A stretch of DNA of 64,000 bases from an uncultured Nitrospiraceae bacterium (GTDB lineage Bacteria > Nitrospirota > Nitrospiria > Nitrospirales > Nitrospiraceae): contig CAVSTP010000003.1 in the NCBI GenBank assembly GCA_963730935.1, forward strand, positions 823,270-887,269, read 5' to 3'. Each line of letters starts with the position of its first letter. Position 1 is the stretch's first letter. Below the pieces are notes generated by a model that was not told the DNA's origin, did no database searches, and was given only the letters and a program-made list of their open reading frames with translations. The position numbers and the translations under genes were made by a program. Below are positions 57,109 to 64,000 of this stretch, in pieces.

Positions 57109-57852
57109 ATGTCTAAGAAACTGGAAGGAAAAATTGCACTCATTACGGGTGGTTCGCGCGGCATTGGTGCTGCAATCGCCAAGCGTCTGGCTGCGGAGGG
57201 AGCGAACGTCGCCATCACCTACACGAAAGGTACTGATGCGGCCGCGTCGATCGTCAAGGAGATTGAACGCACTGGCCGAAAGGCGATCGCCATTCAGGCG
57301 GACGCCATTGATGCCGACGCCGTCGAAGCCGCGGTCGAAAAGACCGTGGCGACATTCGGCCGGCTCGATGTGCTTGTAAACAATGCCGGCACGGTCATTC
57401 CGAAAAGATTCGAGGAGACCACGCTCGAAGAGATGGATCGCGTGATCGGCATCAACGTCCGCGGCGTATTCGTCGCGACGAAGGCGGCGCTGAAGCACAT
57501 GCAGAGCGGCGGCCGCATCATCATGATCGGCTCGTCCGTGGGCGAGCGGGACCTGGTGCCCGGCCTCGTGCCCTACTCGGCCACAAAGGGAGCGGTCAAG
57601 ATGTTCACGCAAGGGTTGTCCAGAGAGGTCGGGAGCCGAGGCATCACGGTCAACAACGTCCAGCCGGGTCCGATCGACACGGATTTGAATCCCGCCGCGG
57701 GCGATTGGGCGGTACCGCAAAGGGCCGCCACAGCGCTCGACCGCTACGGGCGCGTTGATGAGGTGGCTGCGTTGGTGGCGTTCGTCGCCGGTCCGGAGTC
57801 CTCGTACATTACCGGGGCGAATCTTACTGTGGATGGAGGAATGAACGCCTAA
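57109..57852 (+). CDS. Short-chain dehydrogenase/reductase
   Basis: TGGSRGIG, NNAG, YSATK, PGPIDT. Confidence 0.95.
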   Translation: MSKKLEGKIALITGGSRGIGAAIAKRLAAEGANVAITYTKGTDAAASIVKEIERTGRKAIAIQADAIDADAVEAAVEKTVATFGRLDVLVNNAGTVIPKRFEETTLEEMDRVIGINVRGVFVATKAALKHMQSGGRIIMIGSSVGERDLVPGLVPYSATKGAVKMFTQGLSREVGSRGITVNNVQPGPIDTDLNPAAGDWAVPQRAATALDRYGRVDEVAALVAFVAGPESSYITGANLTVDGGMNA

Positions 57853-57989
57853 CCGCAACTTTAATCGACGATGAAGCGGGAAGGGCTATCTCGGCAAAGT
57901 GATTCTGCAGGAACAGTAAAGGCCGCCTCGATTGCGCGAAGTGCCGAGATGATCAACACGCAATACAATCAAGGGAAGGAAGGTGTCCA

Positions 57990-58436
57990 ATGGCTAACGT
58001 GGTGAAGAAACACAGCATCTCTTCTGAGCTCGCACAGAATATGGTGGATGAAGCCGTGGCGAAAGCCAGGGAACTTGGCGTTCGCGAGAACGTAGCGATT
58101 CTCGATGACGGGGGCAATCTCAAGGCATTTAGCCGGATGGATGGGGCCCCGATCCTTTGCATCGAGATTGCGCAGAATAAGGCGTATACGGCTCTGTTCG
58201 GCGTCCCCACGCAGGACTTTTTCAACTTTATCCAAAGCGACCCGTCGCTTTTGGCCGGCATGCCCACGCTTGCGCGTGTGGCGGCGTGGGGAGGAGGGTT
58301 TCCCATTAAGGTGGACGGAGAAATTGTCGGGGCGATCGGGTTGAGCGGGGCGCCCACGGTGCAGAACGACGTCGATTGCGCGAGAGCAGCCCTAGCTCTC
58401 GTCTCCGATGCGGTGCCTGTTGGACTGAAGAAGTAA
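57990..58436 (+). CDS. GlcG/HbpS heme-binding protein
   Basis: 'RMDGA', 'KAYTA', 'GGGFPI', 'GAIGLSG', 'D..CA'. Confidence 0.92.
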   Translation: MANVVKKHSISSELAQNMVDEAVAKARELGVRENVAILDDGGNLKAFSRMDGAPILCIEIAQNKAYTALFGVPTQDFFNFIQSDPSLLAGMPTLARVAAWGGGFPIKVDGEIVGAIGLSGAPTVQNDVDCARAALALVSDAVPVGLKK

Positions 58437-58514
58437 CCCGAGTCGGCGAAAGGAACCGCCTTGGAGGATTGGCAGCCAAACCAATCATCGATTATTACGA
58501 AGGAGGAATATTCA

Positions 58515-59261
58515 ATGAATACCCAGGTTGTCTTGATTACAGGAGGACTGACAGGCATTGGACGGGCAACGGCACTCGCGTTTGCCAAGGAGGGTGCCCA
58601 GGTTGTTGTTTCCGGTCGACGCGACGAAGAAGGCCAAAACCTTGCAAGTGAAATCCGTAAGGCTGGTGCGGAGGCGGAGTTCATCCGCGCCGATGTGCGC
58701 CGCGAAGAAGACGTACGAAGCTTGATCGACAAGACCGTGGAACGATTTGGCCGTCTGGATGTTGCTGTAAACACTGCCGGTACGGAAGGCGTGCCCGGCC
58801 CTATAACGGAGCAAACTGCGGACAGCTACGCGGCAACGTTCGATACCAACGTACTCGGCACGTTGTTGAGCATGAAGCACGAACTTCGCGTGATGCTGCC
58901 ACAAAAAAATGGCAGCATTGTGAATATATCCTCCACATATGGGCATACCGGCGCGGCCGGGGCTTCTGTCTATTCCGCCAGCAAACATGCAGTCGAGGGA
59001 CTCACGAAATCAGCGGCGCTGGAAGCGGCGGGGACGGGCGTCCGCGTGAACGTCATCGCCCCAGGTCCGATCGAGACGCCTATGCTGAATCGGTTCACCG
59101 GAACTGCCGAAAGAAAGGCCGGATTAGCCTCGACGGTACCGCTCAAACGCGTCGGAAAACCAGAAGAGATCGCGCAGACCATCGCCTTTCTCTCTTCCGA
59201 CAAGGCGTCATTCATCACGGGCGCGTCCTATCTCGTTGACGGCGGGAAAACGGCCCAATAG
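58515..59261 (+). CDS. Short-chain dehydrogenase/reductase
   Basis: TGGLTGIG, YSASK, PGPIET. Confidence 0.95.
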   Translation: MNTQVVLITGGLTGIGRATALAFAKEGAQVVVSGRRDEEGQNLASEIRKAGAEAEFIRADVRREEDVRSLIDKTVERFGRLDVAVNTAGTEGVPGPITEQTADSYAATFDTNVLGTLLSMKHELRVMLPQKNGSIVNISSTYGHTGAAGASVYSASKHAVEGLTKSAALEAAGTGVRVNVIAPGPIETPMLNRFTGTAERKAGLASTVPLKRVGKPEEIAQTIAFLSSDKASFITGASYLVDGGKTAQ

Positions 59262-59407
59262 CACTCTCATTCCTATACAGGTGACACACCTGTTCGCGAC
59301 GGAGGATGACGAGATCGAGAGACTGTTGTAATCCCGCATCCACGAACATCGCTTTGTGGGCGCATTCTGTGCGATACTCTTGAACCCCACGAAGAGGCGG
59401 TCTTCTC

Positions 59408-61393
59408 ATGTCAGAAGCCAAGTCCTCAATCGTTGTCCTGGATCAGGTATCCGCAACATCTCCGGAACAGACGCAAACTCTATCCAGTCAGGGTGTGCTG
59501 GATGCGCTCAAGATGATTCTCGGCGGCGCACCGCTCAACGACGTTCTTCACAGTGTCGCTCTACTCATCGAGGCCCATACGGAAGGAGTGCTGTGCACGA
59601 TTTTCCTACTCGATGAGGACGGATTGCGGCTTCGATACGCTGCAGCCCCAAAACTGCCTGACGGCTATCGGGTCGCGACCGACGGCGTGTGTATCGGTCC
59701 CGAGGTCGGTTCCTGCGGCGCGGCGGCTTTTCTGCGGAAGCCTGTCTTCGTGGCCGACGCCCTGACGCACCCGCATTTCGCGAACTTCAGGGACTTACTT
59801 GTGCTAACGGGAGTTCGCGCCTCCTGGTCATCCCCCATCATTTCTCACGACGGTAAGGTGCTCGGCACATTCGGAATGCTCAACCATGAAGTTCGACATC
59901 CAAGCCCGGCCGAGATGCAGCTCATCGATTACGCCAGCCGGATTGCCGGAATTGCCATCGAGCGCGATCGATCCAAATCCGCGCTGACGTTGGCCTTTGA
60001 GACGATCAAAAAATCCGAAACTGAATTACGAGAGATTGTCGATGCCATTCCACAAGCCATTATCGTCTTGGATCCGGACGGAAATGTCCTCTATGTCAAT
60101 AAATGGCTGTTTGAGTATTCGGGAATGAGCGCAGAGGAGGTTAAGTCGCACGATTTTCATAGCCGGTTCTTCCACGCTGAGGATGTCGCACGTTGGCAAC
60201 ACGAGGGCCGGGACAGTTTGTCCAGAGCTTTGCCGTTCGAGGATGAGCAACGAGCATTGGGCAAGGATGGAAAATACCGCTGGTTTCTTATCCGTTACTA
60301 CCCCTTGCACGACGATCAAGGACGCATTCTTCGCTGGTATGCGACAGGAACCGACATCGAGGACCGCAAGCGGGCTGAAGAGCGGATACGCAACGAAAAC
60401 CTGGCGCTGCGTGAGGAAATCGATCGTTCTTCGATGCACGAAGAAATCCTCGGATCGTCTCGAGCCCTGCGCGCAGTGATTTCGCAAATCAGCAAGGTGG
60501 CGCCTACAGATTCCACCGTCCTGGTTCTCGGTGAAACTGGCACAGGCAAAGAGTTAATCGCGCGCGCCATTCATAATCGATCCACGCGCTCCACTCGTGC
60601 TTTCATTCGAGTGAACTGCGGGGCGATTCCGCCGTCGCTGATGGCGTCTGAGCTGTTCGGCCATGAAAAAGGCTCCTTCACAGGCGCGCTACAACGGCGT
60701 ATGGGGCGTTTTGAATCCGCCGATGGAGGAACTATTTTTCTCGACGAAATCGGCGAACTTCCGATGGAGACACAAGGCGCATTACTCCGAGTGCTTCAGG
60801 AACGCGAATTTGAACGGGTTGGCGGGAGTCAGACGGTATCTGTTGATGTCCGCGTTCTAGCTGCAACAAACCGTGACTTGAATGCGGCAGTCAAGGAAGG
60901 GTCTTTTCGCGAAGATCTGTTCTATCGATTGAACGTCTTTCCAATTCGGATGCCGGCGCTACGGGAACGCACGGACGACATTCCGCTCTTGGCTGAATAC
61001 CTGATCGATCGTTATGCTAAACGGCTCGGCAAGAGAATCACAAAAATAAGCAAGAAGACGCTGGACCTATTGCAGGCCTATTCCTGGCCCGGAAACATTC
61101 GCGAGTTACAGAACGTGATCGAGCGCGCGGTGATTCTTTCTGACGGCGAGACTTTTTCTGTCGATGAAACCTGGTTTGCGCCGGTATCGCCTAAATCCGC
61201 AGTGCCGGCCGTTCCCCTGGTTGCCAATCTTAGCGAGCGAGAAAGAGAGATGATCGAGAATGCCCTGCGGGAGGCTCGTGGACTGGTTTCCGGACCGACC
61301 GGTGCTGCTGCAATATTGGGCATTCCCAGGCAGACGCTTGAATCTAAGATCAGGAAGTGGAGAATTGATCGGTACCGCTTCAAAACCCTGTAA
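59408..61393 (+). CDS. GAF-PAS sigma-54-dependent activator (FhlA-like)
   Basis: GAF 'GSCGAAAF', PAS/PAC 'YRWFL..WYATGTDIEDRK', GETGTGKE, GSFTGA, HTH. Confidence 0.93.
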   Translation: MSEAKSSIVVLDQVSATSPEQTQTLSSQGVLDALKMILGGAPLNDVLHSVALLIEAHTEGVLCTIFLLDEDGLRLRYAAAPKLPDGYRVATDGVCIGPEVGSCGAAAFLRKPVFVADALTHPHFANFRDLLVLTGVRASWSSPIISHDGKVLGTFGMLNHEVRHPSPAEMQLIDYASRIAGIAIERDRSKSALTLAFETIKKSETELREIVDAIPQAIIVLDPDGNVLYVNKWLFEYSGMSAEEVKSHDFHSRFFHAEDVARWQHEGRDSLSRALPFEDEQRALGKDGKYRWFLIRYYPLHDDQGRILRWYATGTDIEDRKRAEERIRNENLALREEIDRSSMHEEILGSSRALRAVISQISKVAPTDSTVLVLGETGTGKELIARAIHNRSTRSTRAFIRVNCGAIPPSLMASELFGHEKGSFTGALQRRMGRFESADGGTIFLDEIGELPMETQGALLRVLQEREFERVGGSQTVSVDVRVLAATNRDLNAAVKEGSFREDLFYRLNVFPIRMPALRERTDDIPLLAEYLIDRYAKRLGKRITKISKKTLDLLQAYSWPGNIRELQNVIERAVILSDGETFSVDETWFAPVSPKSAVPAVPLVANLSEREREMIENALREARGLVSGPTGAAAILGIPRQTLESKIRKWRIDRYRFKTL

Positions 61394-61726
61394 ATAGCTT
61401 GGCCCCTTTACAACAAATGTCCCATAGCGGTCTGTGCAATATTGCTCAGAGCATACATGCATGGAGGTACAGCCGGCGGATCGATTGACACCGATGCCAG
61501 AGGAGCATCGCGCGCGGATGTGGTGTGCGAGTCCGACGGACTGTTGGTTTAGAAAGTCTGAGAAGAACCGATTAAAGTTTGAGCGAGTGCGATAGTTCCT
61601 CGTCCAGTGCTGGGGTGCGTAGGAAATGCGTAGAACCCTGCTCCCCAGACTCCGAAGCACTGACTCAGGATGGAACCGCTTTCGTATGCTCTTTTGTAAA
61701 TTTCGTTCCCTTGTCCAGTATTGTGA

Positions 61727-62059
61727 TTAGTTACGCTTTATGTCCCTGGCAGCGTCGCGTGCATCGTCCTTGGTATCTCGCTTTTCCTGCCGACATTCCC
61801 TATTACTTTTATCGTCTGCTTTCTTGCAGTCTTGCTTCGCCTCCCTGGCTTCCTCACGGCCCTCTTGCCGCGTATCCCGCGCATCTCCTCGGTCATCTCG
61901 CCGGTCACCCCGATCATCTCTCCGTTCCTCACGACGCTCGGCGGCATAGGCCGGTCCCGACGTCCATTGCAGGCCATCCGTGATCACCAGAGCAGACATA
62001 GCGAACACCGTCGCTCCCAAACCCACTCCGTGCACCCAATCAAAGTTCCGTCGTGTCAT
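61727..62059 (-). CDS. Secreted low-complexity charged protein
   Basis: AAGGAG RBS, signal peptide, RDDRGD repeats, two Cys. Confidence 0.7.
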   Translation of the reverse strand: MTRRNFDWVHGVGLGATVFAMSALVITDGLQWTSGPAYAAERREERRDDRGDRRDDRGDARDTRQEGREEAREAKQDCKKADDKSNRECRQEKRDTKDDARDAARDIKRN

Positions 62060-62220
62060 GGTGACTCCTTTCGTGAAGGCCAGTGTGGGATTGAAAGCCT
62101 AAGCGTTTGATGTGTGTGAGTCAATAGGAACGAGACTGATGGTGCTGACTGCCTGAGAGAGTGACTCAAATTGAAGGCGCCGTCGGACGCAGTGTTCTAA
62201 GTGTTGAGAGAAGCCTGATA

Positions 62221-62295
62221 TGGAGGCGTCGAACGGAATTGAACCGCTGACCGCAGTGTTGCAAACTGCGCCCTTAGCCACTTGGGTACGGCGCC
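62221..62295 (-). tRNA. tRNA-Cys(GCA)
   Basis: GGCGCCG-TA-CCC-AAGTGGCTAA-GGG-C-GCAGT-TTGCAAC-ACTGC-GGTC-AGCGG-TTCAATT-CCGTT-CGACGCC-T-CCA. U73 discriminator, one C:A mismatch in the acceptor stem. Confidence 0.9.
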
Positions 62296-62489
62296 TCTTG
62301 CGTGATATTGAGGCCCTTTTAGCAGATAGAGAGTGGATATTCAGCTAGGAAAGTCTAACTAGTCCAGATGGCCTTAGTAACTCTACGTTTGTTTGGTAAT
62401 GAAGGAACTAGTGGAAAAGTGGCTGCCTGAGCCATTTTGCGGCTTGCCTGGTCCATGCAGACTGACCCAAGTGGTTGATATATTATCTT

Positions 62490-63092
62490 ATGGTCATTCC
62501 ACAGCCGATGTCATTGGTTCAACAGCCTGAGCCCTTCGATGACTGGGACTGGATCTATGAAATTAAGCACGACGGCTTTCGCGCCTTGGCGGTCATCGAG
62601 CATGGGCAGTGCCGGTTCTTTTCGAGAAAGAAGCACAAGCTCACTGGCCATCAAGACCTTCGAGCGGCATTGGTGAAAGAGGTGAATGCAGAGACGGCCA
62701 TTCTGGATGGTGAGCTGGTTGTTGTCGATCATCTCGGCCGAAGCGTCTTTGCCGACATGATGCAACGGCGTCATCCCGCCCGATACTTCGCCTTTGATCT
62801 GCTCTCGCTCAATGGGGAGGACTTGACCAAACTGCCATTGCTGACACGAAAGGAAAAACTGAAACGGATCTTGCCGTCGCGGTCAGCCCATGTCCTCTAT
62901 GTCGACCATTCGCGTGGCAATGGGACAGCCCTCTATCGGTTAGCCTGCCAGTTACATCTCGAAGGCATTGTGGCGAAACGGGCAGACAGTCGGTATGAGG
63001 ACAATCCCAACGTACGGCATTGGATCAAGATCAAGAATCCTTCCTACAGTCAGAAGGAAGGAAGGGGGGACTTGTTCAAGCGAGCCGGCTAA
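62490..63092 (+). CDS. ATP-dependent DNA ligase adenylation domain (LigD/LigC-like, no OB domain)
   Basis: KxDGxR 'EIKHDGFR', 'LDGE', 'AFDLL', 'EGIVAK', 'WIKIK'. Confidence 0.88.
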   Translation: MVIPQPMSLVQQPEPFDDWDWIYEIKHDGFRALAVIEHGQCRFFSRKKHKLTGHQDLRAALVKEVNAETAILDGELVVVDHLGRSVFADMMQRRHPARYFAFDLLSLNGEDLTKLPLLTRKEKLKRILPSRSAHVLYVDHSRGNGTALYRLACQLHLEGIVAKRADSRYEDNPNVRHWIKIKNPSYSQKEGRGDLFKRAG

Positions 63093-63162
63093 TTCTCTAA
63101 GTTCCGGTCGCATCCGCAGAAGGATGATCGCGAGCCTCGGCTAACTGTCCTGGTCGATCCAT

Positions 63163-63552
63163 TCACTTCTTGCAGGCCGATTTCATCAGGGTTCGGCCAA
63201 CACCGTCGGGCGGGACAGAGCGCCATTTATCTTCCTTGACAATATTATCTAACACATGTCCCTTTCCCATGTTGCTCGAGAAAAAGGTAGTGGCAAGCAG
63301 CCGAGAATACTTGCTTTTGCACTTGTATTGGTAGTGGCGCCTCATAGATAAGTAGTATACGTCGCTATCAAGGCGTCGCGGACGTTTGTAATCGAAGATG
63401 AACCAGAGTTTTACCTGCTCTCCATTGCGACTGATGGTCTCAGTGTCAATGTATATCGTGGCATTTTCGGCAGTTTTGGCAACGGCAACTAATTCGGCAT
63501 AGGCCGATCCGGTACTTAGTAGCAAGAGCGCGATGAAAAAGATTCGTTTCAT
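63163..63552 (-). CDS. Surface-adhesin E-like secreted protein
   Basis: Signal peptide, 'YIDTETI', 'YKC', 'MGKG', 'WRSVPPD', terminal Cys. Confidence 0.7.
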   Translation of the reverse strand: MKRIFFIALLLLSTGSAYAELVAVAKTAENATIYIDTETISRNGEQVKLWFIFDYKRPRRLDSDVYYLSMRRHYQYKCKSKYSRLLATTFFSSNMGKGHVLDNIVKEDKWRSVPPDGVGRTLMKSACKK

Positions 63553-63869
63553 TCTTGTGCGCCTTTCCGCTCCCTCGCCGCTTGCTCACAGATCCGCGTG
63601 ATGTCTCGTAGCTGCGCAGGGACTGAAGGCGGGCCACCGCAGTTCACCATCCCTTTGAACGGTTCTATCGTCGCATCCGACATGCCGAGCCGACGGTCAT
63701 AATGACTGATTATGGCATGGATGCACCAGTTGCGCGCATCCTCCAACGTCTCAAAGACCGGCCCATCGAGTGGCTGACGGATACCGAGGATGCGACCCTC
63801 ACCGGCCCGAACGGCTGGCCGATTGCCAGTCATGAAGGTTTGCTTGCCTTTATCACCTTTCCCCATCAA
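63549..63869 (-). CDS. Hypothetical protein
   Basis: Overlaps the start of the next gene by 4 bp. Frameshifted paralog at 55591-55837. Confidence 0.5.
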   Translation of the reverse strand: MMGKGDKGKQTFMTGNRPAVRAGEGRILGIRQPLDGPVFETLEDARNWCIHAIISHYDRRLGMSDATIEPFKGMVNCGGPPSVPAQLRDITRICEQAARERKGAQE

Positions 63870-64000
63870 GCGCGGGCCTCCTCAAGGACCTTGTGGGCGG
63901 GTCCATCCTGCTGCATCCGACGGACGACAAGGACGCGCGGTATCTGACGGCGGAATTGGCGGGGGATTATGCGGGGCTGCTGCGGCTGGCGGCGGGACCT
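63654..64000. repeat. ~350-bp direct repeat, copy 2 (runs off window)
   Basis: Matches 55624-55972, including the recombinase-like remnant. Confidence 0.9.

Overview
Bacterial chromosomal window. A Nitrospira-like origin is my inference from gene content and protein style, not a database result. It has two parts. (1) About 1-17.3 kb is a divergently transcribed oxyanion-uptake locus. The left arm is sulfur-starvation-like: YezD/DUF2292 small protein, porin, atypical ModA, lipoprotein, racemase, SsuABC-type ABC transporter and an SfnR-like sigma-54 activator. The right arm is molybdate-like: HTH-PBP regulator, atypical ModA, lipoprotein, porin, TOBE protein, ModA, Mop, ModB and ModC. Both arms carry a paralogous porin + ModA-like + lipoprotein triad. 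A LexA-like/RecA-like mini-cassette, a fructokinase and a few other genes follow. (2) About 23-64 kb is a mosaic accessory region. It contains many small or unknown genes, a 642-bp near-exact duplication, a dispersed palindrome-containing element, and 3'-end fragments of tRNA-Met, tRNA-Thr and tRNA-Ser, several abutting remnants of large serine recombinase C-termini. It also holds an intact tRNA-Cys, an egtB-egtD pair facing an osmoprotectant-type ABC transporter, a diverged dapL, a sigma-54 redox operon and a LigD-type ligase domain. I saw no CRISPR array, rRNA or intact integrase/transposase. All product calls come from motif recognition by eye.
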